A stretch of DNA of 64,000 nucleotides from Candidatus Saccharimonadia bacterium (GTDB lineage Bacteria > Patescibacteriota > Saccharimonadia > Saccharimonadales > JALRHH01), in NCBI GenBank assembly GCA_023253175.1, contig JALRHH010000001.1, positions 24,130-88,129 of the forward strand. Direction: 5' to 3'. Positions within the stretch are counted from its first letter, which is position 1. Every line of letters begins with the position of its first letter. Positions 31,412 to 41,650 of the stretch are shown here, in pieces. The position numbers were made by a program, and so were the translations under genes. A model generated the notes under the pieces. It searched no databases and had not been told where the DNA came from. It saw only the letters and a list, made by a program, of their open reading frames with translations.

Positions 31412-32329
31412 ATGAAGAAATTACTTGAGGGAACACGACAGGGTGGCTTTGTCTCGAAAATGGGATCGGCAATAATATCACCTAAATTTATTATTTCAGT
31501 TGGAATTGTGCTTGTGCTGAGTTCATTTGGCGTTTGGCAGTACCATCGAATGACAAACCAAGACAGGGTATTTTGGGGTATGGTAAGTAATAATCTCCAG
31601 GTGAGCTCTTACTCTCGTCATACGTATCAAAAGAGCGGAGCACAGAGTGTTGATCAGGTGTTTGAAACAGCTACCTCTCCGCAAAATAAAGTTTTCTCGA
31701 AAACTGTATTTACGCAAACCGGTGTCGATTCGGCAACTGCGGTTACTGAAAATATCGGTACGCCAACTGCCGACTATGTCCGTTATACGAGTGTGGAGAC
31801 TGCTCAAAAGCAGGATTTCAGCAGCGTACTTGGTCTCTGGGGTAAATCAGAAGCTGAATCTGGCGCGACCCAGGGCCAGATTTACAATCAGTCAGTGCTT
31901 GGCGTGGCACCAATTGGTAACCTGAGCGCATCGGATCGTAGAGAGCTGATTAAAATTATGAAAGATACAAAGGCGTATGAATATAGAGTCGTTGAGACAA
32001 AGCACAGCTTTCCATTCTATAGGCCTAATCACACTATGATGGTAACTGTTAATCCGGTTGGATACATTACTGCGCTTAAGAAATATGCGCAGTTTACGGG
32101 GCTTAACCACTTGAAGGATGTTAACCCGGATGAGTATGCTCAGTCAGCTAAACTTTCTTTCACTGTATCAATTGATGGCTGGACTCATCAGATGACCGAG
32201 ACGTCGCAGAGTAGTGGTGGTAAGCGAGAGGTTATTTCCGGTGTGAATATGCGCAAGACACTCCCGCCTGCACCTAAAGATGCAATTTCTGTTGACGAAC
32301 TTCAGTCAAAGCTACAGCTTATTCAGTAG
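31412..32329 (+). CDS. TM-anchored beta-rich extracellular protein
   Basis: Start ATG 31412; single TM; possible LppX/LolA-like fold (inference). Confidence 0.7.
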   Translation: MKKLLEGTRQGGFVSKMGSAIISPKFIISVGIVLVLSSFGVWQYHRMTNQDRVFWGMVSNNLQVSSYSRHTYQKSGAQSVDQVFETATSPQNKVFSKTVFTQTGVDSATAVTENIGTPTADYVRYTSVETAQKQDFSSVLGLWGKSEAESGATQGQIYNQSVLGVAPIGNLSASDRRELIKIMKDTKAYEYRVVETKHSFPFYRPNHTMMVTVNPVGYITALKKYAQFTGLNHLKDVNPDEYAQSAKLSFTVSIDGWTHQMTETSQSSGGKREVISGVNMRKTLPPAPKDAISVDELQSKLQLIQ

Positions 32330-32386
32330 TTGAGGTATAATTTATAGCCAGAATAATGGACTAATTCTGTTAGTGGGAGGGTAGCT

Positions 32387-34003
32387 ATGCAGCCAAACGA
32401 TCCAAATAAAACTGATATCTCAGGAGACAAGTCTGAATTGCCGCAAGATAATCTTCCTGGTGCTCCGGAGCTTCCAAGTGATACCAATAAATCATCAGAT
32501 ACGCTGACAAGTGAATCCCAACAGAATAATATCCCAGAAGAAAAGCCACCAGTGTCTGATCAGAGTAGAGAAGCTGCTTCTGTTTCACAAGAGGCCAGCA
32601 CGGTAGACGAATCACCTGCTTCCGTACCAGTACCTGCTGGTGTGGTAGATAATTCACCTAAAAAGCGCAGTAAGAAAACAAAGCTGCTTATCGCGGTAAT
32701 TGCGGCACTGTTGGTTCTCGGCGGCGGTGGAGTTGGCGCCTACTTTACCTTATATGTTCCAAATAAGCCTGAAAACATCTGGAAGAGTGCGATGATTAAT
32801 TCGGGCAAAGTATATGACGAAGCAGTTACTTTTGCGACGAAAGAGCGTACCGATAAAGCAATGAAGATCGAAGGAAGCTATGATCTCGATGGTGCTATAG
32901 AGTCGGACGGAAAAGTCAACGGCGAATGGAAGGGCTTTGACGGTAAGGTTAATGGTGAAGTTTCTGCCTCAGGAATTAAGGTTGGATTTGACGTGCGTAC
33001 CATAAAAGCAAACGATGAGTCTGCCGATCTATACTTTAAACTGACTGGCTTGCAGGGACTTAAGTCACTGATTGGCGGAGGTAATGAAATTGGATCTATG
33101 CTTGATGGTGTAAATGACCAGTGGTTTGTGGTTGACCATACGCTCTTTGAGCAGTTAGCAGCCGGAGGTACCGAAGAAAAATTTACAACCAAGGATTACA
33201 GAGAACTACTTCAAAAAACAAACGCTCCAACCAAGGAGTATCTGCTTAGTCCAGATCCGCAAAAAGCCGTATTCTTTGTGAAGGAGCAAATTGGTTCCGA
33301 AAATAAAGAAGGCCGTGATACGTATAAGTATAAAGTCGGATACAATAACGAAAACTTCGGTAAGTACGTAGAAGCACTTTGTAACGCAGTCAAGGACGAC
33401 AAGATCGGTAAAACATTGCTTGAGAACGAGAAGAAGAGCTGTACAGACCTTGGCAAAGAAGCCGCAAAAGAAGACACAGACCAGACAGCAGAAGTATGGG
33501 TTGATAAGCGTACAAAGCTTCCACACGTCGTCCGCATTTCGGATCCTGAGAATAGTGAGAACTGGATTGAGCTGGGACAAGACTATCAGGGTGGTGATGA
33601 GTTCCCGATGAGCATCAAATTCAAGGGCAAGGAAAAGAATCAGGAAATTGAAGCTGATATTAAATCAGTCGTAAACACCAAGACTGACGCGCTATCAATT
33701 AATGGTACGTTCAGCGTCAAGGGTGGTTCGAGTAAGAATATTAGTGGTAAGGTTAAGCTCAAATTAACGCAAAGCAATGACTCCTCAGTGAAAGTTGACA
33801 AGCCAGAGAATGCAAAATCAATTACTGAGCTTATGGATAGTCTGGGTCTTGATGGGTTATTGGGCGGTGGTACTAGTACTAGAAGCCCTTCATTAAGAAC
33901 TCATCTCAATGATGAAGCGCAGCAATGCGCTGCTCTGATGGAAACATCCGATAATAGCAATGATGAATCTGCAATTCCTGCAGAGTGTAGTGATAGTCTG
34001 TAG
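32387..34003 (+). CDS. TM-anchored extracellular protein with disordered N-terminus
   Basis: Pro/Ser/Glu-rich N-terminus, KKRSKK plus TM, EVWVDKRTKLP beta motif, GGGAGGG SD. Confidence 0.75.
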   Translation: MQPNDPNKTDISGDKSELPQDNLPGAPELPSDTNKSSDTLTSESQQNNIPEEKPPVSDQSREAASVSQEASTVDESPASVPVPAGVVDNSPKKRSKKTKLLIAVIAALLVLGGGGVGAYFTLYVPNKPENIWKSAMINSGKVYDEAVTFATKERTDKAMKIEGSYDLDGAIESDGKVNGEWKGFDGKVNGEVSASGIKVGFDVRTIKANDESADLYFKLTGLQGLKSLIGGGNEIGSMLDGVNDQWFVVDHTLFEQLAAGGTEEKFTTKDYRELLQKTNAPTKEYLLSPDPQKAVFFVKEQIGSENKEGRDTYKYKVGYNNENFGKYVEALCNAVKDDKIGKTLLENEKKSCTDLGKEAAKEDTDQTAEVWVDKRTKLPHVVRISDPENSENWIELGQDYQGGDEFPMSIKFKGKEKNQEIEADIKSVVNTKTDALSINGTFSVKGGSSKNISGKVKLKLTQSNDSSVKVDKPENAKSITELMDSLGLDGLLGGGTSTRSPSLRTHLNDEAQQCAALMETSDNSNDESAIPAECSDSL

Positions 34004-34011
34004 AAGCTTAG

Positions 34012-35292
34012 ATGAAAAAACTAGCCCGACTACTTGTAGTACTTGTCCTGGGTTGGCAAGTCCGTAGACTGAGGGAGAAGCATTCATTTAAGATTGTTGG
34101 TGTTGTCGGTAGTATCGGCAAAACCAGCACCAAGCGGGCTATCGCAGAATCACTTGGTAGTACTATTCGGGTTCGGTACCAGGCTGGAAATTATAATGAC
34201 CTTGCATCTGTGCCATTAGTGTTTTTTGGACAAGACATGCCTTCATTGTTTAATCCATTTGCGTGGCTTAGAGTGTTCGTTATTAACGAGCGCATATTAT
34301 CTCGGCCGTATCCATTTGATGTGGTGGTAGTTGAAGTTGGCACCGATGGCCCTGGACAGATTGCCGCTTTTTCTAAGTACTTACATCTAGATGTAGCCGT
34401 TGTAACCGCAATCGCTCCAGAACACATGCAATCCTTCGCGGACTTAGACGCAGTTGCTGCCGAAGAATTATCAGTTGCTAACTATACCAATATGTTGATT
34501 GCGAATGCTGACCTTGTAGACGAGAAGTATCTGCAAGATCTGAGCAGCTTAATCACGTATTCAATTCGGAAAGCTGCTGATTACCGTGGTAAGACTGGCG
34601 TGTACAAAAAAGGTTACAGTGACATTACGATTACAAAACAGAACAAAGTAATTGCCGCTGAACGTTTACCGATTTTTTCTGAGGCGCAATTATATTCTGC
34701 AATTGCTGCAAGTAGTGTATGGGATGTGCTTGGTATTGAGCCTGCTGGGATTTCAATGGGCCTGGCTGCAATAACACCAGTTCCTGGAAGAATGCAGCTA
34801 CTTGAAGGTGTCAAAGGCACGACAATCATTGATGATAGCTATAACGCGAGTCCCGAGGCTGTCATTTCATCACTGGACACGGTATATAAATTACCAGCTG
34901 ACCATAAAATAGCGGTGCTCGGTAATATGAACGAGCTTGGTAGTTTCAGTAAAGATGCTCATATCTTTGTAGGCGAGCATTGTAATCCGAAAGAGCTTGA
35001 TGAGGTTATAACTATCGGCCCTGATGCAAATCGATATCTTGCTGAAACTGCGCGGAGCCAAGGCTGCCGTGTGTCATCGTACGAATCGCCGTACGAAGCG
35101 GGTGAATACCTAAAATCTATCCTCCGTAAAGATAGTCTCGTGCTCGTGAAGGGTTCTCAGAACCGAGTGTTTGCCGAAGAAACAGTCAAATCAATATTAG
35201 CCAATCCTGATGATACTAGCAGATTGGTACGTCAGTCTGATGACTGGATGGCGATAAAAAAGGCTCAATTTGCAGCCCCACAAGAAGTCTAG
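34012..35292 (+). CDS. murF: MurF-like Mur ligase without the usual N-terminal domain
   Basis: GSIGKTSTK, GNYN, VEVGTD, PEH, PGRM, IDDSYNASP, LGNMNELG, LVKGSQ. Confidence 0.85.
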   Translation: MKKLARLLVVLVLGWQVRRLREKHSFKIVGVVGSIGKTSTKRAIAESLGSTIRVRYQAGNYNDLASVPLVFFGQDMPSLFNPFAWLRVFVINERILSRPYPFDVVVVEVGTDGPGQIAAFSKYLHLDVAVVTAIAPEHMQSFADLDAVAAEELSVANYTNMLIANADLVDEKYLQDLSSLITYSIRKAADYRGKTGVYKKGYSDITITKQNKVIAAERLPIFSEAQLYSAIAASSVWDVLGIEPAGISMGLAAITPVPGRMQLLEGVKGTTIIDDSYNASPEAVISSLDTVYKLPADHKIAVLGNMNELGSFSKDAHIFVGEHCNPKELDEVITIGPDANRYLAETARSQGCRVSSYESPYEAGEYLKSILRKDSLVLVKGSQNRVFAEETVKSILANPDDTSRLVRQSDDWMAIKKAQFAAPQEV

Positions 35293-35334
35293 TTTTTACG
35301 CATCGACGCCTACGGTGTTACAATAGATGCGATT

Positions 35335-37779
35335 ATGACACAACGATACAATCCAAAAGACATTGAGCCAAAGTGGCAGCAAATTTGGGATGAGCAGCAA
35401 ATTTACAAGGCTGATCTTCGCAGTGACAAGCCAAAGTACTTGGCGATGAGCATGTTCAATTACCCAAGTGGGGCTGGTATTCATATTGGACATGCCATGA
35501 ATTACACGATCAGTGATGTTAAGGCTCGCTTTAAGCGCCAGCTCGGCCATGAAAGTTACCATCCAATTGGTTGGGATGCATTTGGTTTGCCCGCGGAGAA
35601 CTATGCTATCAAGGCTGGTGTTTCGCCTCAGCAGAGCATGGCGACGATTATCCCTAGCTATCATACGCAGTACAAGGCAATGGGTTGGAGCAACGACTGG
35701 AGCAAAGAAATTGCCACCCACACACCTGAATATTACAAATGGACCCAATGGATTTTCCTTAAGATGTATGAGCAGGGTCTTGCATACCAAGACGCGCGAA
35801 TGCAGTGGTGGTGCACGAAGTGTCAAACCGTTCTTGCAAATGAGCAGATTATTGACGGTAAATGCTGGCGACACGATGCTGCTGATGATCCGATTGTGGA
35901 GCAAAAGGAAGTTAAACAGTGGTTTTTCAAGATTACTGAATATGCTGATGAGCTACTTGATTCTATTGATGATCTTGATTGGACGGAGAGCGTAAAGCTT
36001 GCGCAGAAAAACTGGATCGGACGAAGCATTGGTGCAGAAGTTGCTTTCGCCGTTGATGGTACTGACGAAAAGATCACTGTGTTTACAACGCGAGTCGACA
36101 CCCTTTTTGGCGCTACTTTCTTGGTTCTGGCGCCAGAACACGAACTTGTAGAAACACTCACGGCTGCAGATCAAAAAGATGCTGTACAGGCCTATGTAAA
36201 GCAAACGCAGAAGAAGACAGAAGTAGAGCGTCAAGCGAGTAAAGAGAAGACTGGCGTTTTCACTGGGGCGTACGCCATTAATCCTATGACTGGCAATCAG
36301 ATCCCGATTTGGATTGCTGATTATGTTCTGACCGGTTACGGTACGGGGGCTATTATGGCGGTTCCCGCACACGATGAACGAGACAACCAGTTCGCTCAGA
36401 TTTTTGGCCTACCAATCGTTGAGGCATATGATCCACTGCAAGCGGATGAGCCATTTGGCGGCGAGGGCGTTGTTAAAAACTCTGGTGTGTATAATGGATT
36501 ATCTACAGCCGAAGCACGCGAAAAAATGGTCATTGATTTGGCCGCAAACGGTGTTGGCCAGGAAAAGATTAATTACAAAATGCGCGACTGGAGTGTATCA
36601 AGACAGCGTTACTGGGGCGCGCCAATTCCAATAATTTACTGTAGTGATTGTGGCACGGTACCCGTGCCGGAAGCTGATCTGCCAGTTGTCTTGCCTGAGC
36701 TTACGGATTTTGCGCCTGCTGGTGATGGCCGCAGCGCGTTGGCTCGTGCTACGGATTGGCTGCAAGTTGATTGTCCAAGCTGTGGCGGTGACGCAGAGCG
36801 TGAAACTGATACACTCGACACTTACATTTGTAGCAGTTGGTACATGCTCCGTTACATGGACCCACATAATGCGGATGCAATTTTTGATACTAATCTTGCG
36901 AACAAGTGGGCACCTGTTGATTTCTATAACGGAGCAGACCATGCGACGGCACATATGTTGTACGCTCGTTTCGTTACAAGGTTCTTCCATAAGCTTGGAC
37001 TCATTAACAACCCTGAACCATTTAAGCAGTTCTTGTTTAACGGTAAAGTTACGGCGAGTGACGGCCAGATGTTCAGTAAATCAAAAGGCAATGGTGTTGA
37101 CCCACTGGAAATTATCAACAGTGGTTACGGAGCCGATTCCCTCCGCACCTATCTGATGTTTGCTGCTCCGCTTGAAGTCTGGGCGAAGTGGGACCCACAG
37201 GGTGTCCCTGGCACATATCGATTTTTGAACCGAGTGTGGACGATTGTTCAGGAGTACCTTGAATTGCCTGATGGTCAGGTTTCTGACGACACTGTCAAAA
37301 AGCTGCGCCGTACAACACACACGATGATCAAGAAGATGACCGACGATATCAATGAAAATCGTTACAACACGGCAATCGCAGCTGCGATGGCTAATATCAA
37401 TGAACTGTATAAGCTGAAGACTCAAGAATTCAGTAAATCAGAGGCATGGCACGAAGCACTGAGTAGTGCTGTGGCTTGTATCGCGCCGTTTGCGCCGCAT
37501 ATTGCCGACGAACTTTGGCAGCAGCTTGGTTACGAGACGAGTGTTCAGAAGGATAGCTGGCCTACATATGATGAGGCATATCTTATAACAGATGAGATTA
37601 CTATCGTGGTGCAGGTGAATGGTAAGGTGCGTGCAGAGCTGCAGGTCTCGGCGGATATTAGCCAAGAAGATGCAATCGCGCTTGCGAGCAGTCATGAAAA
37701 AATCCTGGCACTGACTGCAGGATCTGATATCAAGAAAGCCATTTACGTGCCCGGCCGGCTCGTGAATCTGGTCATCTAA
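35335..37779 (+). CDS. leuS: Leucine--tRNA ligase
   Basis: MFNYPSG..HIGH, GWDAFGLPAENYA, editing domain GTGAIMAVPAHDERD, SRQRYWG, MFSKS (KMSKS variant). Confidence 0.98.
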   Translation: MTQRYNPKDIEPKWQQIWDEQQIYKADLRSDKPKYLAMSMFNYPSGAGIHIGHAMNYTISDVKARFKRQLGHESYHPIGWDAFGLPAENYAIKAGVSPQQSMATIIPSYHTQYKAMGWSNDWSKEIATHTPEYYKWTQWIFLKMYEQGLAYQDARMQWWCTKCQTVLANEQIIDGKCWRHDAADDPIVEQKEVKQWFFKITEYADELLDSIDDLDWTESVKLAQKNWIGRSIGAEVAFAVDGTDEKITVFTTRVDTLFGATFLVLAPEHELVETLTAADQKDAVQAYVKQTQKKTEVERQASKEKTGVFTGAYAINPMTGNQIPIWIADYVLTGYGTGAIMAVPAHDERDNQFAQIFGLPIVEAYDPLQADEPFGGEGVVKNSGVYNGLSTAEAREKMVIDLAANGVGQEKINYKMRDWSVSRQRYWGAPIPIIYCSDCGTVPVPEADLPVVLPELTDFAPAGDGRSALARATDWLQVDCPSCGGDAERETDTLDTYICSSWYMLRYMDPHNADAIFDTNLANKWAPVDFYNGADHATAHMLYARFVTRFFHKLGLINNPEPFKQFLFNGKVTASDGQMFSKSKGNGVDPLEIINSGYGADSLRTYLMFAAPLEVWAKWDPQGVPGTYRFLNRVWTIVQEYLELPDGQVSDDTVKKLRRTTHTMIKKMTDDINENRYNTAIAAAMANINELYKLKTQEFSKSEAWHEALSSAVACIAPFAPHIADELWQQLGYETSVQKDSWPTYDEAYLITDEITIVVQVNGKVRAELQVSADISQEDAIALASSHEKILALTAGSDIKKAIYVPGRLVNLVI

Positions 37780-37834
37780 GCATATATAGCGTTCAATTTG
37801 GATAATTAGTCTTGTTTGATGTACTATTTCGGTA

Positions 37835-39052
37835 ATGGGTATATTCAAAACCAAAATTACACATATAGTCATCATTTTTGTTGCAGCATGCGTAGGTTTT
37901 ATTTCTATGTCCATCGCGAATGCCGCACCAGCTGACGGCAGCAAGAGTGCCTCTTGTGAGACGCTTAATATAGTCGCCGACGGTAATGCCGGCTGTGATG
38001 ATGGGGCTGCAGAAAAGCGAGTCAGCGGTGTCATAAGGAATATAGTGCAGATTATTAGTATCGCGGCAGGGATTATCGCTGTTATTATGCTGATAGTTGC
38101 CGGTCTGAAATACATTACCAGTAACGGTGATGCTAATGCTATTGGGTCGGCTAAACGAACGATCATATATGCGATTGTGGGGCTTGTAATAGCCGCCAGT
38201 GCTCAGATTATTGTACAGCTTGTTCTAAATAGGTCAGTCTCTTCGGTCAGTCCTGGAGTAAATCAACAGGCTATAGACGAAGCTCGAGGGGAGCTTGATA
38301 GCGCCCGGGAAGTGTTGGGTGAAAAAGAAGCAGCACTCGAGAAGGCCGATCCTGATGAAAAAACGGATGCCAAGCGAGAATACGATGTAGCACTTGAAAA
38401 GTTTGAGCTTGTAAGTAATCAACTTGATGATGCATCAGTTGGTAGTGGACCTAAATCGGCTCCCACTGCCACTAAAGCAGTCTGCTATAACGTACCAATT
38501 ACCCACGGCAGCAAAGTAGAAGGCAGGATGTACCATAAGTTAGACGGTCAGACATATGCATTCGAAAATTCCCCCGAAGGGATCGCCTATGCTGCTAAGC
38601 ATGGCTATGACTCAATTGATCTTGACGTGCATGTCTCAAAAGACGGAATTCCTGTTGCAACACACTGGGGCAGGCCTATGGCCAACGACGGCTTCTATGA
38701 CCCTGAAGGTAGACTCGGTAAAGATACTCAGGTTAGCGACATGACATATGCTCAATTGCACCGACTCAAGAACAAAGATGGACAGAGTAGAATCTATTCT
38801 CTAAAAGAGATGACTAGACACTTGTACAGGTATAAAATCTCACTATCACTTGAGGTCAAAGCGCCCCGCACCTTGCCGAAATACTATAAAAGTATTGCCA
38901 GTCAACTGAATGGCTACCGCATAAAAGCGATAGTAAAAGCAGACGCTAACCAGGCTAGCATGCGTGACGCACTTTCTGATGCTCGCAAAGTGGGTTTCTG
39001 GACCCGCGGAACAGAAGGTAGCCAGGGATGGAAGAAGCCATCCTGTGGTTAA
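37835..39052 (+). CDS. TrbC/VirB2-like pilin fused to a GDPD-like phosphodiesterase domain
   Basis: Signal peptide; pilin GIIAVIMLIVAGLKYITSNGD..AKRTIIYAIVGL; C-terminal ENS..GYDSIDLDVHVSKDGIPVATH..LEVK. Confidence 0.8.
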   Translation: MGIFKTKITHIVIIFVAACVGFISMSIANAAPADGSKSASCETLNIVADGNAGCDDGAAEKRVSGVIRNIVQIISIAAGIIAVIMLIVAGLKYITSNGDANAIGSAKRTIIYAIVGLVIAASAQIIVQLVLNRSVSSVSPGVNQQAIDEARGELDSAREVLGEKEAALEKADPDEKTDAKREYDVALEKFELVSNQLDDASVGSGPKSAPTATKAVCYNVPITHGSKVEGRMYHKLDGQTYAFENSPEGIAYAAKHGYDSIDLDVHVSKDGIPVATHWGRPMANDGFYDPEGRLGKDTQVSDMTYAQLHRLKNKDGQSRIYSLKEMTRHLYRYKISLSLEVKAPRTLPKYYKSIASQLNGYRIKAIVKADANQASMRDALSDARKVGFWTRGTEGSQGWKKPSCG

Positions 39053-39149
39053 TTAATACGAATCAGCAGCCATCTCTTGAGTTTTACGCTGTTATACGCT
39101 ATAATTGCAGGGAATTTTTGTTAAATTACATCTAAAAGGAATATTCACT

Positions 39150-39293
39150 ATGGGAAAGCCAAAGAAGCGCACTAGTCCACGTCGCACCGGCGCACGTCGC
39201 AGCCACTTGCTCGTTAAGTTAGCTCGTGCTGTCAACTCAAAGTCTCCAGTCAAGGCATATACAACTCGCCGCGAATCTGGCAAAAAAGCTTAA
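39150..39293 (+). CDS. rpmF: 50S ribosomal protein bL32, Cys-free form
   Basis: PKKRTSPRRTGARRSH; position before nusB and rnc. Confidence 0.88.
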   Translation: MGKPKKRTSPRRTGARRSHLLVKLARAVNSKSPVKAYTTRRESGKKA

Positions 39294-39362
39294 GGTAAAA
39301 ACTAAAGCATATCCGTCTTAGGTACGGTATACTGGTAGTAACATAAACGGATACTTAACAAT

Positions 39363-39833
39363 ATGGCATCAAACCGTCACCTTGGTCGCATCATTGCACT
39401 CCAGACGCTCTACGAAGAAGAGTTTCGCCTAGAGTGCCAAGACAAGGACTTTCAGCTGAAGGACGTACTTGATCGAAATATTCGGCGTTATGCTGATATG
39501 GTCGATGATAGTGCGTTCATTGAGCAGCTCGTAAAAGGGGTTGATGCCAAGAAGTCAGAACTCGATAGCGTCTTGCAGCCGATTGCTCCAGAATGGCCAA
39601 TTGAGCAGATTGCCCGCATGGATCGTATCGTACTCCGTATTGGCGCGTATGAGCTTGTATTCGGCACTGATGTTCCACCAAAAGTTGTAATCAACGAGGC
39701 TGTCGAGCTTGCAAAAGCATTCGGTGGTGAAAACTCATCAAAGTTCGTAAATGGTGTACTCGGTACACTGCTCAGGCAACGTGAAGGCGATGAAAGCGTA
39801 GACAAGAAGCCAGAACAGAAAGAAGCTGCGTAG
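39363..39833 (+). CDS. nusB: Transcription antitermination factor NusB
   Basis: RHLGRIIALQTLY, VVINEAVELAKAFG..KFVNGVLG. Confidence 0.97.
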   Translation: MASNRHLGRIIALQTLYEEEFRLECQDKDFQLKDVLDRNIRRYADMVDDSAFIEQLVKGVDAKKSELDSVLQPIAPEWPIEQIARMDRIVLRIGAYELVFGTDVPPKVVINEAVELAKAFGGENSSKFVNGVLGTLLRQREGDESVDKKPEQKEAA

Positions 39834-39838
39834 AGAAG

Positions 39839-40342
39839 ATGAAGAAGCCAAACAACCCCCTTGGCGGCTTTAAGAAATTTGTAACCAGAAAGCGTCCTGC
39901 TATTAGCGAGGTGGTTCGTGAGCCAACCGCGGGCGGTATTGTTTTTCGTGGCAATACGAAAGATAACAGTCTAGAAATACTACTTATCCAAGATGCTAAG
40001 AACCGCTGGACAATTCCTAAGGGACATATTGAAGACGGCGAATCTGCTAAAGAGTGTGCCGAGCGCGAGATTCGCGAGGAGACGGGCCTGCAGGAAATGA
40101 AAGTCCTGAACTGGCTGGGGAAGATTAATTTCCGCTACCGTCGTCAACAGAGTCTTGTGCTCATGACAACTGAAATTTTCCTCGTGCAGGCGCAAGGTGA
40201 TACTGATAAGTTAAATCCAGAAGAATGGATGAATGGCATCAAATGGTTTCCAGCCCAAGAGGCACTTGATAAAATCGAATATGAAGATATCGGTAAGATT
40301 ATTTTGCTTGCAATGAAAAAAATACGGAACGGTAAATTTTAG
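39839..40342 (+). CDS. NUDIX hydrolase
   Basis: Nudix box PKGHIEDGESAKECAEREIREETGL. Confidence 0.93.
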   Translation: MKKPNNPLGGFKKFVTRKRPAISEVVREPTAGGIVFRGNTKDNSLEILLIQDAKNRWTIPKGHIEDGESAKECAEREIREETGLQEMKVLNWLGKINFRYRRQQSLVLMTTEIFLVQAQGDTDKLNPEEWMNGIKWFPAQEALDKIEYEDIGKIILLAMKKIRNGKF

Positions 40343-40347
40343 AAATC

Positions 40348-41043
40348 ATGGACATTGGTAAGTATCAGGCATTTGCTGAACAAAAGCTCGGCGTAACATT
40401 TAAAGATATTGATTTGCTCGTAACGGCATTTACGCACCGATCGTACGTGAACGAACACCGCAAGACGGCCAAGGAACACAACGAGCGGCTTGAATTTTTG
40501 GGCGACGCAGTGCTTGAACTCGTTTCAACAGAATACCTCTACGGCAACTACAGCGAGCCAGAAGGTATTTTGACGAACTGGCGCAGCAGCCTGGTTCGGA
40601 CTGAGAGTATCAGTGCGGCAGCGGCACGTAATGATTTTGAGCCGCTTCTGCGCCTCAGCCGAGGCGAGCGCCGTGGCACCGAACGCGCCCGTGCACAGAT
40701 TCTTGCTAACTGCTACGAGGCCGTTGTCGGTGCGCTATACCTTGACCAGGGTTATGATGCGGCCAAGGACTTTATTACAAAGAGCCTGCTTGTTACATTT
40801 GATGAAATCCTCAAGACCGGCTCCTGGATGGATCCTAAATCTCATTTACAGGAGTTAGTCCAGAGTAAAGACGGTTTTACACCAGTATACAAAGTCTTGG
40901 GTGAAGAAGGCCCTGACCATGATAAAGTTTTCACTGTTGGCGTCTTTGTAAATGGTGAACTAAAGGGCAAGGGCAGCGGCCCAAGCAAGCAGAACGGCCA
41001 AGTAGCCGCCGCCGAGGCTGCCCTAAAACTTTACGTTGATTAG
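40348..41043 (+). CDS. rnc: Ribonuclease III
   Basis: HNERLEFLGDAVL; C-terminal dsRBD (DPKSHLQE..GPDHDK). Confidence 0.98.
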   Translation: MDIGKYQAFAEQKLGVTFKDIDLLVTAFTHRSYVNEHRKTAKEHNERLEFLGDAVLELVSTEYLYGNYSEPEGILTNWRSSLVRTESISAAAARNDFEPLLRLSRGERRGTERARAQILANCYEAVVGALYLDQGYDAAKDFITKSLLVTFDEILKTGSWMDPKSHLQELVQSKDGFTPVYKVLGEEGPDHDKVFTVGVFVNGELKGKGSGPSKQNGQVAAAEAALKLYVD

Positions 41044-41133
41044 TCTTATCTGTTGACAACAGGGGTGAAATCCTGTATTATCTGCTAGTTAACAATTAAT
41101 CTCTTTATAGGGAATATGTGAGAAAGGAATAAC

Positions 41134-41520
41134 ATGCTTGTTATTCGTATGCAGCGTACTGGCCGTAAGGGTCACGCTCAATTCCGTGTTGTCGTTCAAG
41201 ACAGTCGTCGGACCCCTAGCAGTGGCCGTGTGGTTGCCCTGCTCGGTAGCTACAACCCACACACCAAGGAAACTAACCTTAACAAAGAACTTGCAGCAAA
41301 GTATCTCGGTAACGGTGCGCAGCCATCTGACCGTGTTGTTCGTTTGCTCCAGGCAGAAAAGGTAGAACTTCCTAAGTGGGTAAAGGTTGCTGGCGGTACC
41401 AAAGAAGGTAAGCTTCGCAACCCAGAGAAGCTCCGCAAGAACCAGCCAAAGGAAGAAGCTCCAGTAGAAACTGAGGCTCCTGCAGCTGAAGAAGCAGAAG
41501 CTCCAATCGAAGAAGCTTAA
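41134..41520 (+). CDS. rpsP: 30S ribosomal protein bS16
   Basis: MLVIRMQRTG..RVVVQDSR..LGSYNP..GAQPSDRV; TTGACA promoter upstream. Confidence 0.97.
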   Translation: MLVIRMQRTGRKGHAQFRVVVQDSRRTPSSGRVVALLGSYNPHTKETNLNKELAAKYLGNGAQPSDRVVRLLQAEKVELPKWVKVAGGTKEGKLRNPEKLRKNQPKEEAPVETEAPAAEEAEAPIEEA

Positions 41521-41533
41521 GACAAACTGTTCC

Positions 41534-41575
41534 AAAATTAAAACTCCCGTGAATACTCGCGGGAGTTTTAATTTT
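41534..41575 (+). terminator. Intrinsic terminator after rpsP
   Basis: AAAATTAAAACTCCCG...CGGGAGTTTTAATTTT. Confidence 0.85.
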
Positions 41576-41650
41576 AAGCTGGGCGCTTTAGTCTGCACCC
41601 AGTAGTTTGCTATACTACTAGTACTGACAGTAATTGGAGGAATGACCCGT

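Noticed and set aside
35296-35904. 202-aa minus-strand ORF
   Set aside because: Antisense shadow of leuS
37438-38166. 242-aa hydrophobic minus-strand ORF
   Set aside because: Antisense to leuS and the pilin gene; hydrophobicity is a mirror-frame artefact
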